Of a stretch of 64,000 bases of DNA, positions 55,471-64,000 are shown piece by piece; position 1 is the stretch's first letter; each line of letters begins with the position of its first letter. Both the position numbers and the translations under genes were made by a program. The DNA comes from a virus: the IMG/VR virus record IMGVR_UViG_3300045988_051354, positions 35,058-99,057 of that record; one strand, written 5' to 3'. A model generated the notes under the pieces. It was not told where the DNA came from. It saw only the letters and a list, made by a program, of their open reading frames with translations, and did not search any database.

Positions 55471-56166
55471 AAATAATAAGATTACGTGTGTCTCTATTTT
55501 ATTACATCAGCTGTTGAGTTCAGCATGTAGACAGTTTTATTAGTCTTATCCTGGAACCAGGTAATTAGGCTGTAATAGCCAAACCAGTACGCCAAAAGCT
55601 AATTTACAAACTACCAAACTTAAAGGTTCAGAAGCTGACGCTTCCAAACCTGGACTGACCGAAGTCGTCCCTCCACCACTCCATTTACGTTGGAGAACGT
55701 TTCTATTTGTAACCCATAGATAGGCAGTGGAGATTTCAGCTCTACTAACCTTTGGCTTTCAAGTTAATGCATCTAAGCTTCACTGTAACCTATAGGTACT
55801 ATGATTCTTCCCCGAAGGTCTCGTTATAACACTTAGATACAAACCTCTTCTGTTTCTAGGTCTCCCCATTAACCCGACTTAATCAATATGATATCGATAA
55901 GCCACAGCTTAAGCTGCCATTCTTACTTCAGTGTTGCCACTTGAAATTTGTGTATCATTTTATAAGAGTTGGTACGAACTCTACACGTCTTACTACCCAG
56001 TCATCATGAATCAATTCCATGTATGGCCCATAGTAGCATGATTATACTCTCATGCCAGGAGTGGGAAACAACCCAAAGCTTTCAGTATCCTCCTGTGCCA
56101 CTGGCGTACCCATTTCAGACTTAAAAGCTTATCAATGAATGAAAAAATGAATAGCACTGCAGAATG

Positions 56167-56403
56167 TTAACGGAAGAACTCTTTAAGCAACTCACATTGC
56201 TCATTCATGAACTTCCGTCTAACACTAGCACTATTAAAAGAAATAAAATGATAATCGAATCGAGATGTTATTGGAATTATATTGTTACCACATCTAGTGA
56301 CGCAGTATTTATAAGTTCCATCCTCCCAGTCAGGTTTCCAACCTTCGTTGTACATATCAAGAGCAGTCATTACTGCATTGAATATTTCGGCATGTGACAT
56401 CAA
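56167..56403 (-). CDS. hypothetical small protein
   Basis: 78 aa. Confidence 0.4.
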   Translation of the reverse strand: MMSHAEIFNAVMTALDMYNEGWKPDWEDGTYKYCVTRCGNNIIPITSRFDYHFISFNSASVRRKFMNEQCELLKEFFR

Positions 56404-56741
56404 AACGGGTATTGTACGTTAGATTGTTTACGCATCCAGCTATATACTATAATCTCTGGTTGTATATCCTTAATAAGTTCAATGCAGGATTCATAAGACA
56501 TCGAAGTGGTTATTACAGAAGGATACTTAGAAGTATATACCCATTCCTCAATAACTTGTTTCATGTCTATATGCTCATCATAAGGCCATTTAAGCTCTGC
56601 TTCAATATTGTCTCTAATACGTTCTAGAGACACATAGAGCCTAATACCATACACATTAGTAATAAGGAACTTAAGCAGCTCCTTGTTAAATTTGTCTACA
56701 TCACATATAAGGATGTGAGAACCTTCTATAACTTTATGCAT
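56400..56741 (-). CDS. hypothetical protein
   Basis: 113 aa. Confidence 0.45.
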   Translation of the reverse strand: MHKVIEGSHILICDVDKFNKELLKFLITNVYGIRLYVSLERIRDNIEAELKWPYDEHIDMKQVIEEWVYTSKYPSVITTSMSYESCIELIKDIQPEIIVYSWMRKQSNVQYPF

Positions 56742-56817
56742 AGTTAATAAATAAGAGAGGCAGAGTGTTTCACAACATGTCTGCCTTAGATTTGTAACAT
56801 ATTATTCAGTCATTAGA

Positions 56818-57423
56818 TTAGAGTCCATGTTTAGCCTTGAATAAAGTATCAAATACTTCTCTTAGTTCGGATACCGCTTCTGGAGCTTCAATACCGAGTT
56901 CTTTCATCTTATTCTTAATGACGTCCTCACGGAAGTTCTTGGTCTCATCCATTGCCTTCTCCAAAGCTTTGTCAAACGTATCCGGATCCAATTTCTTTAA
57001 GAGTTTAAGTATATCAATGCCTGATTTCTCAGTAATATCATTCATTCCAAAGTGTTCCTTATAGGCATCTATACTTGCATCCAGTCTGTCAAATGCCTTT
57101 ACTAACATGGCAGCGTCTTCTTCAGTAATATCAAAACCGCCATTCTTGTCAGTAAGTTCAGGGCTTTGGATACAAGGAGGCTCACTCATTTCCAGACAGA
57201 ATACAGGCTCGTTATCCTCTCTAAGGATATATACCGTATGTTTGGTATCTTTTGTGATACCTTCTCCTACTCCCCATGAAATACCTTCCTTGAATGATTC
57301 TACTTCATCAAGAGCTCTAGCCATATGAGATTTAATTTCTCCTATAACTTCCTCATAGTTGCGTTTAGGAGTTTCATCCACTTGAGGTCTTTCTGACGCT
57401 AAAATTTCTTCTAATGTTCTCAT
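56818..57423 (-). CDS. hypothetical acidic protein
   Basis: 201 aa, D/E-rich. Confidence 0.5.
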   Translation of the reverse strand: MRTLEEILASERPQVDETPKRNYEEVIGEIKSHMARALDEVESFKEGISWGVGEGITKDTKHTVYILREDNEPVFCLEMSEPPCIQSPELTDKNGGFDITEEDAAMLVKAFDRLDASIDAYKEHFGMNDITEKSGIDILKLLKKLDPDTFDKALEKAMDETKNFREDVIKNKMKELGIEAPEAVSELREVFDTLFKAKHGL

Positions 57424-57702
57424 TTCTTGTTAAATTTATTAATTGATTTACTATCTGGCATATACCAGATACCTACGGCTGTCACAATCATAATGGTTGC
57501 TGTGATTAATGTAAAATCATCAGAAGCCATACATAACATAAATATAACACCTAATGCTAGTATTATATCTATAATAATATTATCCACCTTCATAATTATT
57601 AGTATTGATTAAGAGTGACACTCCACCGCCTGCCCTCGGTGAAGTGTTTCGTCGCAATTTCCAGCGACTCATCAGACTCTCTTTAGATGGAAAGAATGCT
57701 GA

Positions 57703-57930
57703 TCAGATAGTTGTAATTAGAGATATCTTGTCACAGGCTATCTCTACAGCTATCATAGGTTTATGATGTACTTTGTGAGTAACATCAATTAAAGCATTCT
57801 CTACGTGTTTTAACTGGTCTCTATTACTACCAAGACCTAATAGAACTGCATCATCCTTGAATGAAATGGATTGGTGATTTACATTAACCACCTGTCCATC
57901 ATTAAATTGTATTCTAGATAACATCGCCAA
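57703..57930 (-). CDS. hypothetical small protein
   Basis: 75 aa. Confidence 0.4.
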   Translation of the reverse strand: MAMLSRIQFNDGQVVNVNHQSISFKDDAVLLGLGSNRDQLKHVENALIDVTHKVHHKPMIAVEIACDKISLITTI

Positions 57931-58255
57931 TCAGTTTAAACAGTCCTTTCCAGAAATATCTAGGAAAGTCACCAGTGAATTTTACATACGTAGCCTTATC
58001 ATCAGACTTATAGTAGATTCTGACTCTATGGTGATCAATGAATGCGTAGTGAGCAGAACCGTCAGCTAATTCAAACATAGCTTTGCCGAATTGGGCCATA
58101 TTGACAGGTCTCCACTCACTGCTGGTCTCCTTATTATAAGAATTGAGAACTGCGTCAGCTGTAGCATCAGTAGGAATACCAGTTCGCATATCAATGATAA
58201 CACCGTTATGTTTAGCTACTATGTAATTACCTTTAAAGTTAAAGTATAATTTCAT
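57914..58255 (-). CDS. hypothetical protein
   Basis: 113 aa. Confidence 0.45.
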   Translation of the reverse strand: MKLYFNFKGNYIVAKHNGVIIDMRTGIPTDATADAVLNSYNKETSSEWRPVNMAQFGKAMFELADGSAHYAFIDHHRVRIYYKSDDKATYVKFTGDFPRYFWKGLFKLIGDVI

Positions 58256-58259
58256 ATTT

Positions 58260-58913
58260 TTATTTGGTTACATGAACATCATATGAAGGATATCCGTGAG
58301 ATTCTAAGACTTCAATAATATCACCAGATGTAAGTTCCTCATCATACAGATTTGGAACATATTCAAACAGTCTAGCATGTATATCATCCTCGTCTCTGAT
58401 GTTGTCTATAATAGCCTCACGAATGTTCTTAGTAAGTATTTCCTTAAATTCTTGCATCAGTTGCCCTTTAGTACCGTAACGAGTAGTACCTATAAAAGTG
58501 TTGCAAGTATAAGAGAATACATTAAAATTATCAATAAGTTCTCTGAGAGCGTGACGCATCTTATTTGTTGCCTTAGTCCTTAATGAGGCTACTAATTCAG
58601 ATTCCTCTGGAGACAAGTCAACCTCGATACGTCTATTACCTACATAAGCTTTAGTGTAATCCAAACTGAACTCCACTATAAGCCTTCTGCCATTCCTTGC
58701 AACTCCTACTAAGCTGAGACAGTCGGTTATTCTATTACAGCCAATTTCAACCTTATCAAAATGAGCGTTCTCTGGCACCTTTGCATCTGTAAGGTTCATA
58801 ACAGCTAACTCTACCATTTCCTCCAATATCTTTCTGGCTGCATCAGAGTCAGAAGATTTCTCAGCTTGTTCATTCTGCTGCAATAAAGCTTTGTATTTAT
58901 CTACATCTATCAT
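58260..58913 (-). CDS. hypothetical protein
   Basis: 217 aa. Confidence 0.5.
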   Translation of the reverse strand: MIDVDKYKALLQQNEQAEKSSDSDAARKILEEMVELAVMNLTDAKVPENAHFDKVEIGCNRITDCLSLVGVARNGRRLIVEFSLDYTKAYVGNRRIEVDLSPEESELVASLRTKATNKMRHALRELIDNFNVFSYTCNTFIGTTRYGTKGQLMQEFKEILTKNIREAIIDNIRDEDDIHARLFEYVPNLYDEELTSGDIIEVLESHGYPSYDVHVTK

Positions 58914-58921
58914 AACTTGTT

Positions 58922-59770
58922 TTATTTAAATGTCACGGTATATGAAGTAACAGACATGTTACAAGTATTTAATTTGTCCACCTGAGTTCCAGTTCTTTTA
59001 ATATAAACCTTATATGGACCAGTTAGTAATATTTGACCTAAACACTTGGCTTTGAATGTATCTAATGGCATTGACTTATTATCAAACCATACAGTAGCAT
59101 CCTTCATAAGTGAACCAGTCTCTAGGGACATGAGTTTATTTATATAATAATCCTCTTTAGCCTTCTTTATTTCCCATAGGTCTTCATTGGGATCAGTAAT
59201 AAAAGTGTTTAGATTACCGATTTCAGAGATTGGTATTTCTTTGACTACTACAATTCTTCTAGGGCTATTAGGATTAACTACTTCGAAGCGGATAGTACTG
59301 CCAAACGCTGTGGATAAGTCTACTAATGCCTTCTTAGTAAAGCCACTAAGTCCAGCTACTCTAAAGAGTTGATACCGTAAGTCGAGGACATCTGTCTTCC
59401 ATATGCCAGGTTTGTAGTCCTTACTAGCTGCTACTTCAATCATACCTAGCCACAGTAATCCTTTAGCTGCGAGGATTGCATTAGCTTGGGTTACATTAAT
59501 AACAGCATAAAGCTTGTCATTAATAAATAATGCTCTCTGATTAGGTTGTAAGGGCTTTGAAGATCTCACTTCTATGCCATAATTATACTTTAAGAACAAC
59601 TTACTTGCTATCCAAGAATCCATTCTTGTTCTATCAGCTATTTCACAAAGAGCCTCTTTATATGCATCACAAAGGTCTTGCCATAAATCCTTGCGTTTTA
59701 ATACAGTCTTAAGACATTCTAAGTTCTCATTGAAACTATTCATAAATAAATTGGCAGTTAACCTACTCAC
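58922..59770 (-). CDS. hypothetical protein
   Basis: 282 aa. Confidence 0.5.
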   Translation of the reverse strand: MSRLTANLFMNSFNENLECLKTVLKRKDLWQDLCDAYKEALCEIADRTRMDSWIASKLFLKYNYGIEVRSSKPLQPNQRALFINDKLYAVINVTQANAILAAKGLLWLGMIEVAASKDYKPGIWKTDVLDLRYQLFRVAGLSGFTKKALVDLSTAFGSTIRFEVVNPNSPRRIVVVKEIPISEIGNLNTFITDPNEDLWEIKKAKEDYYINKLMSLETGSLMKDATVWFDNKSMPLDTFKAKCLGQILLTGPYKVYIKRTGTQVDKLNTCNMSVTSYTVTFK

Positions 59771-59787
59771 TGCCAGGTTTTAGATAT

Positions 59788-60276
59788 TTATTCTTCTTCG
59801 TCCAAATCAGACATGTCATACTCTTCCCAGTTCTGCTGTTCTAAGAACGGCATTGTCATGTCCATTCCAAATGATGTGTTAATTCCACCGAAAGAAGCAG
59901 GCATTCCACTAATACGCTCTTCAAAGAACCAGAACGTATCATCCACTTTAGCAGCATACATATATTTGCCAGTTTCATCATAATCATGAAATGACTTCTC
60001 TACGTGCTTTGGATAATAAACCTTGATAGTGGACTTAGTGTGCATTGCTTGTGCAACTGAAGATGATGGATATTGCAGTATAACTGCAACCTTATCATTT
60101 ACTCTAGTAAGGTCTACAATCATGCTTTTGAAGGGAGCAGTGTTAACTATAATACTATAGTTTGACTCCCCAACTTCATGCTTATCTGGGTCGAAATCCG
60201 TCTCAATGGAATAGAACCATTCCATAACCTTCATTGCATAATTCTTGTGTTCGATGTTATATTTTTGCTTAGACAT
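59788..60276 (-). CDS. hypothetical protein
   Basis: 162 aa. Confidence 0.5.
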   Translation of the reverse strand: MSKQKYNIEHKNYAMKVMEWFYSIETDFDPDKHEVGESNYSIIVNTAPFKSMIVDLTRVNDKVAVILQYPSSSVAQAMHTKSTIKVYYPKHVEKSFHDYDETGKYMYAAKVDDTFWFFEERISGMPASFGGINTSFGMDMTMPFLEQQNWEEYDMSDLDEEE

Positions 60277-60341
60277 ACTTTATTTAATGAGTTTACCTAT
60301 ACACTCACGAGGTTTTAGTGAAATATTTAATAATAGCTACC

Positions 60342-60647
60342 TCAGCCGTTAATTTTGATTAACATGTCATTGTCAGAAAGGATATCAAGTTGCACTTGTT
60401 CCTCAGCCGTCATGATAGATTCCGATTCCTTTGAGCTCCATGGTTCCAGATGACAAATCCAAGTAACCTTACCACTGTTGGAGATTGGTTGCTTGTAAAG
60501 CGATATCAAAGAATCAGGATGTTTCTTTGCATACGTCCTGCCAAATTTAATAGCATTGTAAGATTGAAGAGTAATTTTAAGTGGTGTTAATTTACCATTT
60601 ACTAATTCAGCTACTAAGAAGAAATACTGTTTCATAATCTTGTACAA
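60342..60647 (-). CDS. hypothetical protein
   Basis: 101 aa. Confidence 0.45.
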   Translation of the reverse strand: MYKIMKQYFFLVAELVNGKLTPLKITLQSYNAIKFGRTYAKKHPDSLISLYKQPISNSGKVTWICHLEPWSSKESESIMTAEEQVQLDILSDNDMLIKING

Positions 60648-60912
60648 CTTACCTATACGTTGTGAGGTTCTAATTGTTAGTGACTAATTAGTTTCAGCTT
60701 GTTTAGCTTACTTATAGCATCGCCACGTAAAGGCTTAGTCATGATGCCGCTCCCATCACGGGAGAATGAATAATTTTAACTTACTGTATTTATTAATTTA
60801 AATTCAAACAATTTCATCTTCCTGTGCCACTATACTTTGAGTTGTTATCACAACAACTACATAGTCTCAGGGCGTACCCATTATGATGATGCTAATAAAG
60901 AAATAAAAATAT

Positions 60913-60987
60913 GTGAACCAGAGTAGATTCGAACTACTAACCTTTCTCTAGATGAGAATGTTCTTCCGGAAATTGAACTACTGGTTC
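60913..60987 (-). tRNA. tRNA-like element with non-canonical anticodon arm
   Basis: GAACCAG-TA-GTTC-[11-nt loop]-GAAC-A-TTCTC-ATCTA-GAGAA-AGGTT-AGTAG-TTCGAAT-CTACT-CTGGTTC-A. The acceptor, D-arm and T-arm are perfect. The anticodon arm is 5 bp with a 5-nt loop, or 4 bp with a 7-nt loop CATCTAG. Confidence 0.4.
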
Positions 60988-62407
60988 TAGCCCAAGCCTA
61001 TTTCACAACAAACTTGGGTTAAAGTAAATAACAACTTTATATATTATGATACACTTATTTGCATTTTACACCTAAAACTTAGAATCTTGCATGCAACTGC
61101 AATCTATTACATTTGTCTGACAAGGACAAACAACTAAGAAACTGGTGCCCTCAATGTCTTGGGATGTTATTGAGTTTTTTAAAAGTCCTTATAATCCTCT
61201 CTTTTAAGATAACTTAGAACTTTAGGTCTAGACTTGTACTTCGTCTATCCAAGTTTGTACTGTGCGAATACTTCGGATTATAGAGTGTATAGCACAATCC
61301 TCTAAAGTTTAGAGTATACACAATCTTTTGGGACTTTGTTATACTATTCTTGCCCAGGGAGTAGCGTAAACCGTCATATTAAACCGACATGTATCAATCC
61401 ACGGCCCCTTGATACTGGATCTACATTATTAGTAACGAATATAGTGCCTGTCTTTCCAGGCTGTCACCAAACTTATAAATCGGAATTGGTTTCCTGTACG
61501 GTTTATCCTTAAACTTTTAAGTGCGTTACTAGTAAACCGCCTAAAAGATACAGCACTACTGGTTTAAACTACCCTACCAGCAAGTAAAGCTCGTCTTTCC
61601 GAGCCGCCATGCTATCCCTTGTGTCACAGTACTCGCAACATACCATAACAGAACGTTCCTTTAGCCGATTACCCACACACCCCTACGTACAATGGTGGAA
61701 CGCAGCTTTCGCTACGATTAACAACTCTAGCTTTCTTCCCCTTCTTGGTTCTCCGTCATTACGGTTTGTATTATTGAAAGCGTGGAGGAATGGTCCTCAC
61801 ATTACTACTTAAAGCAATGTGGTTTTACCATTATTTACTCACAAATACATTTTCTTTGTGAGTCTATCATAGCTCTTGTACGCATTACTCGGCAGAGGAG
61901 CCTTACCGAAACCTACAATGTAGGACGCTGTTTAAAACTTAAAAATTAATATAATTAAAACAATCATGTGGACTCCTGCTTTAACGCATGAAGCAGGAAC
62001 GTTTAACTTTTGGCACTACATACATTATGTCCGTTTTGTGATGTAGGGATTCTAAGTATTTGCAACTACTCAGAAGAGCTAAACCAGGTTGCCTATCCTT
62101 TACAGCGATAGGCGTTCTGTTTATTTATAACTGCATCCAACAATTACCATGCCAAGCAAATTCTGCATCACCGATTCTCATTCTCCACTCAGAACCATCA
62201 TCAGTATAGAATTCATATTGTCTTCTGAAAGCTTCTTCACTTGAAATTGTTGTTGTATGTCCGTCTGACCAAATTATCTTATCCATAATTGTATATGTAA
62301 CTAACCTTTACGTTACGAGGTTTTAAATTGTTAATCAGACTCCTGCATATAGCAGAAGTTTCGTCCAGTCTCATCAGTGATTATTTTATAGACTCCTGGT
62401 TGTCTTA

Positions 62408-62623
62408 TTAACGCTTCTTCTTTAATTCTTGGAAACGCTTGCGAGCTTGTTCACCTTTAGAGAATTTCTGACATGTTGTGATTGTCATATTACCTGTAGA
62501 TTCTTCTACATAGATAGTCCAATCAAATGCATGTGTGCCCATTAATGTAATGGTTCTTCCCCACTTATCTGTGATTTGTGCTCTTACTGAAGATGTGCAA
62601 TTCTGTTTGTTGAAACGTTTCAT
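62408..62623 (-). CDS. hypothetical small protein
   Basis: 71 aa. Confidence 0.35.
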   Translation of the reverse strand: MKRFNKQNCTSSVRAQITDKWGRTITLMGTHAFDWTIYVEESTGNMTITTCQKFSKGEQARKRFQELKKKR

Positions 62624-62673
62624 AACTTTATACTATTTACCTATACATAGCGAGGTTTTAAGTTAATATCTTG

Positions 62674-62877
62674 TTATTTATTTGTCATCTCAGTTGTAGG
62701 AACTAACATATACTTTATTAGCTTATAAATGCCATATCCTACTTTCTGAATGGTAAAGTATCCAGTAGCGTTGTCAATGATAACTGGATTAAGATTATAT
62801 CTTATTCCATTATGACTATATAGTTTATTGCTACGTACTATACCATACACAGTTTTTAATGTGAATTTATTGTTCAT
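62674..62877 (-). CDS. hypothetical small protein
   Basis: 67 aa. Confidence 0.35.
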   Translation of the reverse strand: MNNKFTLKTVYGIVRSNKLYSHNGIRYNLNPVIIDNATGYFTIQKVGYGIYKLIKYMLVPTTEMTNK

Positions 62878-62983
62878 TTATGTAAATTTCTACATACTAT
62901 GATTATGAAAGTAGAACATCAAAGCGTAATAAAAAGTAAGACACACAATACTGATATTGTATGTGTGCCTTACTTATAAAGCA

Positions 62984-63475
62984 TTATCTTTCAATAATTG
63001 CCGTTACGTTAACATTCATGGGTGCACCGTCACGAGTTACGGACTCAAACGTTTCGATACGCTTAACTTCCAACTCTTTGCCTTTGAGTTGTTGCAAACC
63101 ATCATCTACCGTTCCGCCCTCAAAGTGTTTAAACACGGCTTTTGCTTTGTCGGCTTCGTCTAACAAATCAACGGGCGTTGTTCTTGCGCGTGTTTCTCTA
63201 TCCACAAACACACGGTTTAAAGTAGATACAGCAAGGTTGCGGGCTTCTCCGTTAACCGTAACAACAACTTGTAAGAATGGGTTACCGTTAACCATGTTTG
63301 CAGACAAAGAGCCATCTGCCAATGAAATGTTTTCGGGCATCTTAATAATGTCACCTACTTTTAAAGCCTCTGGATTTACACCCATACGGTTAAGAAGTTG
63401 GTTTACTGTTTGAGCTTTGATACCCAAATTTGCAGCCGCTTTGCGATTGATTTCTTTAACTTTACTTTCGTTCAT
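62984..63475 (-). CDS. hypothetical protein in a region of clearly higher GC (~45%) than the rest of the window
   Basis: 163-aa ORF. Different codon and base composition from the other genes in this window. Confidence 0.5.
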   Translation of the reverse strand: MNESKVKEINRKAAANLGIKAQTVNQLLNRMGVNPEALKVGDIIKMPENISLADGSLSANMVNGNPFLQVVVTVNGEARNLAVSTLNRVFVDRETRARTTPVDLLDEADKAKAVFKHFEGGTVDDGLQQLKGKELEVKRIETFESVTRDGAPMNVNVTAIIER

Positions 63476-64000
63476 AGTTGTAATAATTTAGTGAAACAAA
63501 TAATAAATGAAGCGAAACAACAAAGATATAATCTTTTGTTTTCCTCCAAAGATAGGTGAGGGGTGTTAGGGGTAACACGACTGTCGTATTCGAGATATAT
63601 ACCAAACTGTCGTGTTAGCAATATATAATATGATAACCCACCCCGGGGAGTGGGAGGGGTATAAATATAGCACCCCGTACTACAGAGTGCGACATATACA
63701 AGATTTGAAATTTATGTACTAATAATTTACTATCTTTTATCTTGCACTTAGCTCAGTCCTAAGCGAATGCCGATTTCGGCAGCCGCGCCTATTATATATA
63801 CTTATGTGATGGTATTATAGTAATTATATATAGATTTTAGATTGCCAAATTTCAAGTTGGAATATAATTATATTAAATTGGAATATAACTTGCAATCTAT
63901 AGATCTTATTAATTGCAGGCTAGCCCCGCAGGGGCGCAGACTGCCACTACACCTACTACAGTTTCGAGTTGGCAATATAATATTATGGTAATTATAAATT

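Noticed and set aside
55405-56163. RNase P RNA or tmRNA in the ORF-free GC-rich stretch
   Set aside because: The conserved P4 strands (AGGAAAGUCCGG / ACAGAAUCCGGCUUA) and tmRNA tag-reading-frame features were not found. Kept only as an unclassified structured-RNA candidate.
1-64000. CRISPR arrays, integrase/attachment sites, or transposase-type mobile elements
   Set aside because: No regularly spaced direct repeats with unique spacers and no integrase or transposase motifs. The mobile elements present are homing-endonuclease cassettes.

Overview
AT-rich (~33-35% GC) window from a large virulent-type phage. Almost every gene is on the minus strand, and several intergenic regions carry the Bacteroidetes-style TAnnTTTG -7 promoter motif. 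Three parts. (1) 1-29 kb is a nucleotide-metabolism and replication module. It contains an anaerobic ribonucleotide reductase (nrdD) broken into exons by two insertions, one carrying an HNH and one a GIY-YIG endonuclease gene. It also holds a deoxyribonucleotidase, a DnaG-like primase, a DnaB-like helicase, a Sak4-like ATPase, an SF2 helicase, RNase H, a ferritin-like protein and several nucleases. (2) 23-52 kb is a very large tRNA island: about 30 tRNA or tRNA-like genes, all on the minus strand, interspersed with small ORFs. The ORFs include HNH, GIY-YIG and small PD-(D/E)xK-like endonucleases, plus adenylosuccinate synthetase, an AAA+ ATPase, a vWA protein, a flotillin/NfeD pair, a bL12-CTD-like protein, a ParB-like nuclease and RNase H. 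(3) 52-64 kb has more hypothetical genes and two long ORF-free stretches (55.4-56.2 kb, 60.65-62.4 kb) with GC-rich, probably structured RNA, then a compositionally distinct end. The most unusual feature is inside the tRNA island. At least two tRNA genes, Ser(GCU) and Arg(UCU), are split in the anticodon loop by 446-nt and 746-nt insertions that are almost entirely endonuclease ORF. The insertions have no terminal G and no room for a group I core. Both end in the same T-arm-like hairpin, followed by 8 nt and then the 3' tRNA half. A third locus, Ser(UGA), shows the same hairpin, the same 8-nt spacing and an orphan tRNA 3' half. Other observations: a GIY-YIG gene flanked by a 15-nt duplicate of a tRNA 3' end, a covarying inverted-repeat element just upstream of five tRNAs, a candidate amber-suppressor tRNA (anticodon CUA), and several degenerate tRNA-like elements. 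All calls come from reading the sequence by eye and matching motifs; no searches were run.
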